From the NCBI GenBank assembly GCA_032718475.1, contig JAUCBJ010001936.1, forward strand, positions 546 to 64,545: a stretch of DNA of 64,000 nt, given 5' to 3'. Below, one piece after another: positions 51,501-61,279 of this stretch. The stretch comes from Nemertoderma westbladi (taxonomy: Eukaryota; Animalia; Xenacoelomorpha). The notes beneath the pieces are model-generated. The model was not told where the DNA came from. It did not search any database and was given only the letters and a program-made list of their open reading frames with translations. Within the stretch, counting starts at the first letter, position 1. Every line of letters begins with the position of its first letter. The position numbers were made by a program, and so were the translations under genes.

Positions 51501-54500
51501 CACTATGTTTCCTAAAGGAATGCCTGTTCACCACCATGGGTGATCTTCCACAGTAAACCCTTCCACTCTGTTTCCTAAAGGAATGCCTGTTCACCACCAT
51601 GGGTGATCTTCCACAGTAAACCCTTCCACTCTGTTTCCTAAAGGAATGCCTGTTCACCACCATGGGTGATCTTCCACAGTAAACCCTTCCACTCTGTTTC
51701 CTAAAGGAATGCCTGTTCACCACCATGGGTGATCTTCCACAGTAAACCCTTCCACTCTGTTTCCTAAAGGAATGCCTGTTCACCACCATGGGTGATCTTC
51801 CACAGTAAACCCTTCCACTCTGTTTCCTAAAGGAATGCCTGTTCACCACCATGGGTGATCTTCCACAGTAAACCCTTTCACTCTGTTTCCTAAAGGAATG
51901 CCAGTTCACCACCATGGGTGATCTTCCACAGTAAACCCTTCCACTCTGTTTCCTAAAGGAATGCCTGTTCACCACCATGGGTGATCTTCCACAGTAAACC
52001 CTTCCACTCTGTTTCCTAAAGGAATGCCTGTTCACCACCATGGGTGATCTTCCACAGTAAACCCTTCCACTCTGTTTCCTAAAGGAATGCCTATTCTCCA
52101 CCATGGGTGATCTTCCACAGTAAACCCTTCCACTCTGTTTCCTAAAGGAATGCCTGTTCACCACCATGGGTGATCTTCCACAGTAAACCCTTCCACTCTG
52201 TTTCCTAAAGGAATGCCTGTTCACAACCATGGGTGATCTTCCACAGTAAACCCTTCCACTCTGTTTCCTAAAGGAATGCCTGTTCTCCACCATGGGTGAT
52301 CTTCCACAGTAAACCCTTTACATTCTGTTTCCTAGAGGAATGCCTGTTCACCATCATGGGTGATCTACCACAGTAAACCCTTCCACTCTGTTTCCTAAAG
52401 GAATGCCTGTTCACCACCATGGGTGATCTACCATAGTAAACCCTTCCACTCTGTTTCCTAAAGTATTTAAATACAGACCTTAATGGTTTCCTGGGGTATA
52501 ACCACGAGCAGGGCCTCAGCAGTACCGGCGCATAGACCACAGAACAGCGACTGGTAGACCGAGAGTTTCTTAGATCCATAGTGGGACTTCACTTTCTCGG
52601 AGACCTGATCAAAGGTAAGAAACCTGTAGGGGGAATGTATTAGTTTGTAGTTTATGTCTGTCAGTACAGGATAAAACGTCATGTTATACTCATATATACC
52701 AGACTACAACCAGCATATAATTGCTGTATTACTACAGACACCATTTGCTTGAATATAGTTTGTTTATTCTGGAAAATTCCAACATCAATGAGATTAAATA
52801 AAATTCAAACCATAGATAGTTCCACCTCTACTTTCTGGGTGGGTCAGAATTTTTTATTTCCGCTTTCAATCTTTCGATAGTATTTATCGACAATGAACCA
52901 GTTAAACCGCAGTTATTCTTACATATGTAACATTATTGGAATTTCGTTGAAAAATAGCGAGATATGAGCGTTCATAAGTTGCATGTGGTTTTGCAACTGC
53001 ACGCACAATAAAAGGCTGTTTTATTCTATTTAATAAAAACACCATATTCTGGAACATTTTGTTTATGTATGAATAGCTACGTAATAGTATGATTAAAGAG
53101 GTATTGCATTGTTGCCCAGCTACTTATTGGATAAACAAATTATTCCAGAATGTCGTGTATTTATTAAATATAATAAAATTGGCTTGCGCAGATGCAAAAC
53201 CATGCAATCTTCATACGGCCATATTTTATGATCAGATTTTATGACAAAATTCAGATTGTGTCTGACTGACTCACTCAGAAAGAAGGAGGGCGGTGATACT
53301 ATCTCTGTTTCAAATTTCATGCAATCTCATTATGAATTGTAGAAATTATTTTAATTAATAAATAGAAGATACTATATTCCAGGCCACGGTGTACCCGGTG
53401 TATGTACTGGTTATGTATACACACACTATACATACATTAATACAGTGCTAGTGCGGGGTACGGTTTTACCAAATCTATGTTTGCCAGAAATGGGTTGTCG
53501 GTATCCAAAATATCATTCTGTTGAAAATATAATTTGTTATCATTTGCAAAATAACTATTTAAGTCGTGGCAAAAAAAAGTAGGAAAGAAAAGCAAGACAA
53601 AAATGTTACTTTTTGTCACCACTTACGTCGTTTTATTTGTTGTACCGGTAAGTCTTCTCTAACAATAATCTGGGCCCATTTCAGCATAAATATCGTCCAT
53701 CGAAGCTTCTTTCATAGCGAAATACGGGCATTACTACACCTTGGGTACCCATTACCAATTTTTTTTCATATGAAAAAAGATTTTATCATGAGGTTTATTA
53801 TCTAGAACAAATACTTGTCTTCTGACAGTAGGATGGTTTTCCAAAAAATGTTTACTACAGAAATAAAATGTGTTCTAGAACAAGAATATTTATAAAAATT
53901 GATAAATAACACGTGTTGTATAACATTTATAAAAAATAAGCAAAAACTAGCTGGTATAAAAAATCAATGTCATGGAAATTACTTTGAAATTAAAATCAAC
54001 TTTACTTTTTTTGTTGACAAAATTAAGTGTTCTTTTTTTGTCAAACTTGTTAACAACTTTGACAAAAAAAGTGACTTACAACAAATAAAACCTATATCAG
54101 TACCCTCCTATATTAGGCCTCCGGTATTGTGAATTGTAATAATTTGAAATTGAAAATAAAATGACAAAAAATGAGAAACACAATTACTAATATGTATGTT
54201 ATACGTTTTCAGTGCCTCAGACAGAGGATAGGCAGATGGAGAAAATGCCATATCCAATGCAGGAATGACGTGCCTCAGCCTCATATATTATTAATAATAC
54301 GCGATTAATAAGACGCGATTAATTAAAATAGTTAATCAAGTAGTCGGTGGCTAGTCGGGTAGTCCCATTACACCAGCCACCGTTGACAATTGCGTCAACA
54401 AAAGCACTGTACGTAAATACAATAAGGAAGCGGAGTAGCGGATAGATATCGTAAGCATGTAAAGCAGATAGCATACCATTCTTACCCCACATAGCACTCG

Positions 54501-56833
54501 TATCCTCACTTACCCCATACGCTTGATTATAACATACACATCCTTTATATAGACATACTATGCCTACTGTATGGTTATATACTGTATGAACCAATATCTA
54601 TATACACAGGAACCCCCCCCCCCCCCCCTCCTTACCCCACACACATTCTCTTTCGGGTTTTTTTTATTGCCTCTGCTCCTCCAAGGAGTTTATTCAGTTC
54701 CCGCTTAAAATTTTTAATAGATTCAGATTGTCGTACAGAGGTGGGAATGGAGTTCCAAACATGTGGAGCACACACTCTGATAGACTGCTTGGCAACCTCA
54801 AGATGTGTGCGCGGGATTGTACAGTTATTTTGTGTTGTGTTTCTAGTTCTGTGCTCGTGAGTGTTGGCAACCGGTATCAGTAATGAGGTGAGGATAAAAT
54901 GTGTGAGGGCATAAGAATATGTGAGCTTTTGTATGCAGGAATGGCTGTTTGTTTAATGAAAATAGAGCGTAGTGTAAGTGGTGTAAATTCTGAGTTGTAT
55001 TTTTGTACAATCCGTTGAGCGCGCAGTTGTAATTGGAGTAAAGTTTAGTGGGTAGTTGTAGGTTTGTTCTTTTGCGCTCTGCGTTTGCGTCTGTGGTGAT
55101 GGTATTGGTCTCGTCTACATCGTGTTTGCATGGCATCAGTTCGGCTGGAATGTATGTAGTGTTTAGCAGCCCAAACCGTGTTACAGTAGATTAAGTAAGG
55201 GTTTATTAAAGTATTGTACAGTATGGGAAGTATGGCGTAATGAAATTCTTGATTCGGTTTAGTATACGGTACCAATATTTCTGCTTATTTTTATACGTAC
55301 CGGTATGTAATTGTGCTTCCAAGTTAAGTGTTCGTGTTATGTGAATGCCAAGAAATTTTATACCGTTAATTGTGACAGTAAGTGATGGGTCTAGGTTTAC
55401 ACATTTTGTAGGTGTTCGAAATATTATAAAGTTTTTTTTTCAAGTTTAGAAAAAGTCTGTTGAGTTGGAACCATCTTGTCAGTTTATTCAGTTCCGTATT
55501 AATGTCTCTAATTAATTCGTTAATATTCCTACCAGATTTGAAAATGTTTGTATAAATCGGCGAAAATAATGAATTTGCAAATGTCTGTGGAATTGGTGAT
55601 GTCGTTGCAGTATATTATGAAAAGCAAGGGGCTAAGTAGTGAGCCTTGTGGTAGTCCAATCATCAGTGGCAGCGGTTTTGACTTACCTGAACCTACTCTA
55701 ACGTACTGTACTCTGTCTGTTAGGTAGTTTGTAAGCCATGATTGAGTGGTACCGGTAATACCATAACGTTGGAGTTTCTGTAGGAGTATTTGGCTGTTTG
55801 GTGGTTTACCGTGTCGAATGCCTTGGATAGATCCAAGGAGACACCGACGGTAAACTCGCCCTTATCCATGGCGTTAGTGATATGTTCAAGTAAGGTAAGC
55901 AGTGCGTGTTCCGTTGAATGTTTGCGTCTGAAACCGAATTGTGAAGAGTTCATGATTGCTTGTAATATAGGAGGGCTACTTTCGTCAACAAATCCTCCAT
56001 TAGCGGTACTCGCTGTTCGAACCATATGAAACTTTATAATCTAAAATTTACCATAAAAAGTACATGTATTCCACAGAACTGGGCACGTCTATCAGTCTAT
56101 TTATTACCTGACAGCTGATTTTGGAACGGCAAAGAACAGCAACGGAGTTAGACCTCTGTAGAAGCCACGAACGCCGAATTCCTTTTGCGTAACTCGTATG
56201 CAATCGGCGATACCCTTATATCGAGGTGTGGCCGATGTGCGGTCCAACTGTAGTTGGGTCTTTACGTACTCGGTGGGGTAGGTAATGCAGATCTCTATAC
56301 CTCCAGCCAAGCCCCCTACAAGAGAAGAAGAGAAATACAAGTTACAAAAATTAAATATACGTGTAACGGCACGGTAACAGGTACTGCGGTATGACGCTAC
56401 CGCTACCGGCACGCTACCAGAACGGCAACGACGACACCACGGCGATGACAACTGGACAACGACAACGCCAATGTGGTATAGCAGCAGTATACTGGTAGGC
56501 CTATCAGCCTATAGTTATAGTACAGTCTGACAGTAGTAGGCAGTAGGGCTACGTACTGACGTATACTGGCAGACTGGTAGGCATACCCAATGCTGCAATG
56601 CCCAACTCAGCCTAACAATAGGACTAATGAATACAGGAATACCCCTACTGGCTGACTGGAATAACCTGAATAATGATAACAATCGGACAATATCAAAAAA
56701 GCCTATATACTATTTGTAGCGGCAACAGATCTCAAAGCTCACCTGCAAATATGCTTTTCGCAGTTAACTGGTATTTATTGCTATAGGTTGGGGCAACTGC
56801 GGCTGCACTAAAATTCCGTATATCTGTGGACAT
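27441..56833 (-). CDS. SLC25A1: Mitochondrial citrate/tricarboxylate carrier, 6 coding exons: 56833-56743, 56315-56108, 52623-52479, 35685-35536, 33042-32810, 27570-27441 (957 nt, 318 aa)
   Basis: Spliced product MSTDIRN...[30 protein letters not shown]...KSAVRFLTF...[14 protein letters not shown]...[27 protein letters not shown]...[35 protein letters not shown]. It has three carrier repeats with Px[DE]xx[KR] signatures and citrate-carrier-specific motifs. All junctions are GT-AG with intron phases 1, 2, 0, 0, 2. Confidence 0.95.
29675..29747 (+). pseudogene. Degenerate tRNA-like sequence (probably part of a repeat)
   Basis: GGTCA...TGACC acceptor-like stem, A box TAGTCTAGTGG and B box GGTTCGAAATCC. 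The anticodon arm pairs poorly. Confidence 0.45.
31190..32398 (-). mobile_element. 5'-truncated, internally deleted CRE-clade (restriction-like endonuclease) non-LTR retrotransposon
   Basis: GC-rich island. Motifs [33 protein letters not shown] (shifted frame), HVLSC..GG...RHNEIRD, ARLDV...[22 protein letters not shown] and LFRS..MCLRG.RS match the CRE-type CCHC plus PD-(D/E)xK C-terminus. Confidence 0.85.
32810..33042 (-). CDS. SLC25A1: SLC25A1 coding exon 5
   Basis: CCCCGCAG| acceptor with a TACTGAC branch site at 33071-33065. Encodes [10 protein letters not shown]...[36 protein letters not shown]. Donor GC|GTTAGT. Confidence 0.93.
33085..34542 (-). mobile_element. tRNA-derived SINE with an internally amplified minisatellite
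   Basis: Head 34542-34470 (GGCGTGTAGCTCAGTTGG...GGTTCGAGCCCC). Central domain ACTCAACATTTTATCTCATGGGGTCGTTAAAATGAGGACCAG. The body GGGATAGGAGTAGC.CCCACCCCTA.CCTCGGGTAGCAGCTATCGAAAGAGAAGCCTACGGGTTGCC continues on the far side of the array. Confidence 0.75.
33134..34420. repeat. 36-bp G-rich minisatellite, about 35 copies
   Basis: Unit GAAGGTAGGGGTGGGCGCTACTCCTATCTGCTACCC, with a poly-G tract at about 33144-33162. Confidence 0.97.
35536..35685 (-). CDS. SLC25A1: SLC25A1 coding exon 4
   Basis: TTTTATAG| acceptor. Encodes [50 protein letters not shown]. Donor CAG|GTGAGT. Too short to appear in the ORF track. Confidence 0.93.
42942..47619 (+). mobile_element. Full-length Ty1/Copia LTR retrotransposon (4678 bp)
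   Basis: Identical 254-bp LTRs (42942-43195, 47366-47619) with TGTTGAA...TTCAACA ends. 5-bp TSD GGGTG (42937-41, 47620-24). PBS GGTTATGGGCCCAG at 43196-43209. PPT GAGTGGGAG at 47357-65. Confidence 0.98.
43312..47337 (+). CDS. Copia Gag-Pol polyprotein (1341 aa; Gag-PR-IN-RT-RNaseH)
   Basis: CCHC knuckle [14 protein letters not shown]; protease WCIDSGAS; integrase HHCC (WHQRYGH..CESC) plus D-D-E ([17 protein letters not shown]) and KGY; RT YVDD; RNase [24 protein letters not shown]. Integrase precedes RT, the Copia order. Confidence 0.97.
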   Translation: MSEVTIKDEFRIAKFNGENYHDWKFQMELLLIAKDLWGYADGTEVLDPAAEDARRTAFRRGDNRARAIICLNMETDQQVYVRNATTAKEAWTSLRDHFEKTTLAHVVMYRRRLYNLILKEGDSVLTHVNEIRKLSDHLREIGDPVQERDLIVILLSSLPPLFASLVTSLEGSDLDTLTWGSVRDRCLHEEEKSKQFINRDKLTENAFTASAGGSSTKKSPMFKSPSSSSHNKKSGGGDKPGKCYNCGNKGHWKRDCYKPPKFGQKGKQSSLGQNEHAEVAEENGMECGIALITSMTGTADWCIDSGASQHMTFDKSKYNSFKELEPPRPILLGDNRVVNAVGTGNIHIEVAVEGKLRSITLKDVLYLPELRRNLFSVRAANKVAKGVEVIFTNDECIVMVNGCKEIIGKLNGKLYQFHENDYLNIAAEKVDINLWHQRYGHLNYDSLKQLINKNMISGMKMAGENDKLCESCIIGKHHRLPFPTKEAESKEREILELVHSDVCGPLPTESIGGSRYFVTFTDDRSRYIMEFCIRNKSSVFEKFKEYVATAENATGKRVKILRSDNGGEYTSNEFNNYCLERGIQREFSVPHTPQQNGIAERLNRTLMESVRSMLHNSSLPKCFWAEAVSTAVYLRNRSPTSVIRGKTPYEVWHDHKPDVSNLRVFGCDAYIHIPDKTRKKLDAKSIRCRFVGYCNEHKGYKFFCPESKKMLVSRDVKFIENNFAKTAKEVYDELGDSHVFSIPQNTETRDPVGAQHLYGDDGHNVVAGGAPIEINRYPRREHREPESDPGVIRGNWWETRDWRHDPIPQASDNAEFAMIIESDEPRTYNEASQGPYNKQWKEAMDNEINSLTENNTWNLVELPNDKNLVGSKLTYKIKRDSKGNVSRFKARLVAQGYSQKQGIDFKEVFAPVARYSSIRLLLAITNELNLDVHQLDVKTAFLNGVIDSNIYMKQPQGYIDKEYPNSVCKLNRSIYGLKQSARLWNRRLDKVLKGGGYRQSGADNCIYVKKVDNRFILLSVYVDDLIIASNCIDLLNEEKALLMSKFQMTDQGEIEYILGMVITRNRQSKEMSISQSQYLKGILYRFGMDCCNPVLTPMEVNAKFDKLADDDEGIDTALYQAVIGSLLYVAIGTRPDIAQAVGVLSHFVSKPGATHWAGIKRLLRYIKGTVDYGIKFVGNDNGLLVGYCDSDWAGDESNRKSTSGYVFTFNGGAISWQSKQQPVVALSTTEAEYIALTSACQEYIWLSRLLVDIGMAHLNSGTIYEDNQGAIALAKNPIQHRRTKHIDIRYHFIREKIENGEVDIKYCPTQNMMADILTKGLAREKFLGLRHKLGVMNQIVP
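52479..52623 (-). CDS. SLC25A1: SLC25A1 coding exon 3
   Basis: CCCCTACAG|G acceptor. Encodes [48 protein letters not shown]. Donor AAG|GTCTGT. Confidence 0.92.
54650..55950 (-). mobile_element. Degenerate CR1/L2-group LINE RT fragment in SLC25A1 intron 2
   Basis: [49 protein letters not shown] and [17 protein letters not shown] across broken frames. Confidence 0.85.
56108..56315 (-). CDS. SLC25A1: SLC25A1 coding exon 2
   Basis: TTCTCTTGTAG| acceptor. Encodes [24 protein letters not shown]...[19 protein letters not shown]. Donor AG|GTAATA. Confidence 0.94.
56743..56833 (-). CDS. SLC25A1: SLC25A1 coding exon 1
   Basis: Start context TTTCAAAATG. Encodes [30 protein letters not shown](G). Donor G|GTGAGC is phase 1 and matches exon 2. 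Confidence 0.88.
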
Positions 56834-58552
56834 TTTGAAATGTTTGTTGTTCAATGTTTACCAGTCCTGCTCCTGCAGTCTGCCAGTATGTTGGGAAATT
56901 GATGTAATCCTGCTCAGGCAGTCAGGCAGCATGGACTGTTGTACCGGTACCTGGGTACTGGTATATGGCTGTATGGGTATTGAAATACTATAGCCCGCTT
57001 ACTACGTACAACTGTATACAGGTATAGCTGTATACAGTAGGCCTACAGTATAGCTGAATAATTTTTGTTTAAGTAGGGAATTTCCGGTTTGGGGGGCACT
57101 GAACAGCTGAAACACTAAAAAGCATGTGTCTAAAACACTTGTCACTGGTGGGAAGGTGGTGGGAACACTTAGAAAATTTTTCACATATTCATTTCTACAT
57201 TGTCTAGGCCTATATCTGTATATACAGATATATGAAAAGACTGATATTTTTCTCAAATTTCCCGGTTTCCTCGGGAAAATACCGGGAAAAATAAGGGCAA
57301 TTTCTTTTCACAATTTTAATTCAATTTTTTTTAGCTGCCAGTAATACTGCAGTTGTAAGTAAAAAATTCAGTACCCCTGAAATGTACAATCTGACATATT
57401 TTAGTTATACGGCAGTACTGTACTGTATGTACCGCGTAACGGTACTGTGCGAAGTAAAGTTTTTAATGAATCTACAGTAGGCCTTCTTAATGTACGAAAT
57501 TGTCATTTGTACCTTGAAGCTTATTAATCGTATTTTGCTTTTTGGTAAAACAATTTTAATATGCGGTAGTCGCAGAATCTTAATTGTAAATAATATAATA
57601 ATATAAACTTTAATACGTGTTTCGGCCTCAAGCACTCATTTATTGATTATTTTTTTTATCTTGATACTCTCTGTAGTGATTTTACTTACTGTATAGTTCT
57701 ACTTTATGAACTACTTACGGTACAGCAACCCCTCTGTGCTCTCTCCCTCCAGACCGGATCTCCTAGCGGATTTAGTCCCCCTGACAAATTCTGCTTCGGA
57801 TTTGGTCCTCGTTCGCGGAATTTAGTTTAATTATTGTTCTCGTTGGGAAAGCCTGACTTCTTAGGCTGCTCCTAATTCGCAATTGGTAATGATAGACACA
57901 GCGGCGTTTTATTGTTTCGGATAGTCATTTCATTCAACCTGTTAGTTGATAGCCTATACTGTCCTCGTATCGTTTTAGTATTTTAGTTTGGAAATCCTGC
58001 CTTATCGGCAACATTTTATACTAAGTAATTAACCTTAATTGTTAATGATAGCCTAGAGTTTATTTAGTTAGAAAAGCATGTGTAACCTGTTCTTTCGCCC
58101 AACTGATATGATTAATGATAGCCGACTGTAGTGTTTATTTATTTATTTATTATTATTCGTGAAACGCACAGTTTCTGCCTCTGCTAAAATATAATTATTC
58201 ACAGCTTGATACCACTGGGTGTACGCAGTACTGTAGGTATTTTGTTTCATCGAAGTTGGATAACGGCTTCACTGCCGTAATAGTTGACAATTTGACGCGA
58301 ACTTAGTTTATGGTCTAAAAAGTGAAAAGCTTGAGGTTAATTGACTGAAGTTATTATTCAAAGAAATTAACTAACTTGAAAAACATCCTAAAATACAGCA
58401 AAAATTCGTAATAGTTAAATACAATTTGAAATATTACTACAGTGCACAACTTAGACAAAAAAAATAGAGTATACACAGTATTTATAGCTAAACAAATATT
58501 TGTAGTCATGGGGAGTTATGATTGGTCGTCTTTGTCGTTCGTTTACATGAGG

Positions 58553-59818
58553 TTAACTGAACGGAGCCCATGCTGCCTCTCTTGCAGACTCACCAGCAGA
58601 CGCGCTATGGGCTGTAAGTCTAGACCGACTGGCCCTAGTTACACCGTAGAACCCCCGACCCTGTTCCTTTGCGAAGTTTCCTTTACCCATGTCTTCATTC
58701 TTCACCAAGATTTTCATTTTATTTAACTCTATTGACAGTCGATCTCGATCATTCTCAACCATCAACCGATTATTCCTTTCTCTAACACTATCCGATTTAT
58801 AGGAATCGGCCTGCGCCCTGTAGTGCGTAACTCTATCAGCTTCGGTTTTTACATCTTTTATTAACTGATCCTTTAGAACACCGATCTCCTTTGCTCTTTT
58901 TTCGCTTATCTGTTTATATTTAACAACCTGAAATTGTAATCTATCTCTAGCCTCCATTATCTTCTTGATTTCAATGCATTGATCATCCTTTTCTTGATTC
59001 ACCTTATATAAGTTTAAACTCTGCTGGTTAACTTTCTCATAAACCTCCTCGTATTTTGCACTCCATGTGTTGTCGATCTGAACCTTCGCTAATTCTGTAT
59101 CCTCTATTAATTCCTTCAAACAAATATTCAATTTCGCTATTTGATCTTCCATCGTTATTTTCTGGAATTTTAATTCCTCCCTTGTGTAATTCAGTTGTTC
59201 CTTCAGTTTTAACACTTCGGAATCCGTTTGGGATTTAAACTGTTGATTAGCATCATTTTCTATTTCAGTAATGTTATCTTTATCACTTGATATATCACAT
59301 GGCCCTTTGGTTGGAAATTCCTTCGCCGGCGAATCAAATTTTTCATAATATTCAACAATACTGTCAACGATGTTAGAAGAGATTTGTGTTTTTCTATCAA
59401 CTTCCGACTTTATTGTACAGCTTTTTGTGCGGTTTTCATTTCTGCGACCAACTAAATCACCTAGCCCTTTATCCTTCAATATTTTTACCAATTTATTTAG
59501 CTCTTCTTCCATCAAACTGTTATGTTTCTGAAGTGTCTCAACATTTTCATCTGCCAACTGTAACTGAAACTGTTTGTCTATTAATTGTGAGTTCGCAACT
59601 TCCTTTAATCTATCTAACTCCAACGACTTCGTCTCCACCAACTCGTTGGTTAGTATTACGATCGTCTTTAGACTTTCATTTTCTTTCTTCGCCAAGTCCA
59701 GCAAGGAAATAAGTTCCCTGCGGTCCGCAGATTCCGGGTACTCGTTACTTCTATTGTTTAGATTCAGTGCACAATCTGATTGAATGTTTACCACATCTGA
59801 TGTCTCAGGAAAATCCAT
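58553..59818 (-). CDS. 421-aa intronless coiled-coil protein, unknown function
   Basis: ATG-initiated non-repetitive ORF, E/K/L/Q-rich with heptad-like segments. No catalytic or TE motifs recognised. Confidence 0.7.
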   Translation of the reverse strand: MDFPETSDVVNIQSDCALNLNNRSNEYPESADRRELISLLDLAKKENESLKTIVILTNELVETKSLELDRLKEVANSQLIDKQFQLQLADENVETLQKHNSLMEEELNKLVKILKDKGLGDLVGRRNENRTKSCTIKSEVDRKTQISSNIVDSIVEYYEKFDSPAKEFPTKGPCDISSDKDNITEIENDANQQFKSQTDSEVLKLKEQLNYTREELKFQKITMEDQIAKLNICLKELIEDTELAKVQIDNTWSAKYEEVYEKVNQQSLNLYKVNQEKDDQCIEIKKIMEARDRLQFQVVKYKQISEKRAKEIGVLKDQLIKDVKTEADRVTHYRAQADSYKSDSVRERNNRLMVENDRDRLSIELNKMKILVKNEDMGKGNFAKEQGRGFYGVTRASRSRLTAHSASAGESAREAAWAPFS

Positions 59819-60011
59819 TGTCTCGGTTACAATTGCTAATTAATGAAAGTTCATAAGTTCAGCCATATCTAATATATACAGTAGTATACCTGTACTGTAG
59901 TAGTACTACAGCTTACCTACTGTATATGTTAAATAGCTACAATACTGTATATGTGCTACGGTCTACTTTACACATAGGCATGTAGTTTTAATACACAATA
60001 TTACATAGGAA

Positions 60012-60797
60012 CTGGGGCGTAGGAACTCGGAGGTGGGTGGGGGTATGGATTTGGAAAGTGGAATTTACCACAGAAAGTCTGGTATACTTCACATGGGTTA
60101 AAAGGAGTTATAACATATCGACCTGTCTTAGGCTCCCTGATACCTGTCTACTAATGGGGAAAAAACGTTCACTTTCCGCCCTAGAATGATATAATATTGA
60201 TCGAACTACTGTATACTATAGCCTATATCACATATTTAATACGCCGAGAATTAATAGGCCTAGAATTTATTTTAAGTCCTAGAACAGTCTAGCCAGCTAC
60301 TGTAGCAGCTACAATTACAGTATATAAGGTCCGGGGCCGCCCTCCAAAGATAGCCTGGTTAAATTATTTTACAAGAGTAATTATACAATATAGATGTACA
60401 ACATACAGCATACAAGATACAGTACAATATAGAATGTAAAAATACAGTATAGTATTTAAAAGTCAATTATACTTTAAAAACGTAATGTAAATACTGTACA
60501 GTATTCTTACCCTTTTTAAATCCGTTATCTACATTAATTCTAATAATTCCCCAAATTTGCGGTGAGCCATTGAATAATGTTATTGAATATCTTTACGAAA
60601 ATTGAGTGACAACTTTTAGTTGAAATGAATTTGGTTTACATACTCACACACAATTCACAATAATGGTGCCTTCAAACGTTTTTAAAATGATTTTGAGAAA
60701 AATTGTTCTGCGTCCAATTGCACATGAAAAAGGCCTTAAAATTGCCTTTGAAAAAACCTTGTGCCCCACCACTTTTCATATCGTTCCTACGCCCAAG
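60012..60797. mobile_element. Old hAT-like MITE
   Basis: Imperfect TIRs CTGGGGCGTAGGAAC and GTTCCTACGCCCAAG. TTACATA occurs on both flanks (60001 and 60798). Confidence 0.55.
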
Positions 60798-61279
60798 TTA
60801 CATAACAATGAAATCCTACATACTCTGTTATGCTGCAATGTAGATAAAAAATAAGAAATTCAACTGAACAAAATACTGAAGAAAATTGCAACAATGACCA
60901 AGAATTGATTGTTGCATTTCTACATAAGTAGGCCTACATTATTATTGTACTCTTATTATCCATCAGCTGAATCACACTATCCACTATACACTGTCCACTC
61001 AATGTATCAACTCTCATTATTTAACAAAATACATAGAAAAATTGCAATAAAACACCGTGATAAATGGAAAATTAGTGCAAATATAATTGAACTCTAACAC
61101 AACAGCTGTAGTAAGAAAGAGATCACATTAGTTCCTACAATCGCAGTATATTTATTATCTATTATTCTATTTCCCCATTTGATCCACCTTTACGATGTTA
61201 CTAAACGTTTAACAAAGTTCAGCCATTGTCCTCTGACTCATTGGCCCATAATTCCTCTTCTATCAAACAGGCAGTCTTA

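Larger units (their letters stand above)
35763..52463. repeat. 63-bp satellite (about 190 units) filling SLC25A1 intron 3, split by a Copia insertion
   Basis: Unit CCATGGGTGATCTTCCACAGTAAACCCTTCCACTCTGTTTCCTAAAGGAATGCCTGTTCACCA. Higher-order duplications with periods of 1504, 945 and 2022 bp. Confidence 0.98.

Noticed and set aside
35763-52293. Arg-rich repeat ORFs ([21 protein letters not shown])n as genes
   Set aside because: They lie inside SLC25A1 intron 3, out of frame with exon 3. They are broken by stops and frameshifts in the left half and by the Copia insertion.
14392-52463. CRISPR-like arrays
   Set aside because: Units are head-to-tail with no unique spacers, there are no cas genes, and the context is eukaryotic.
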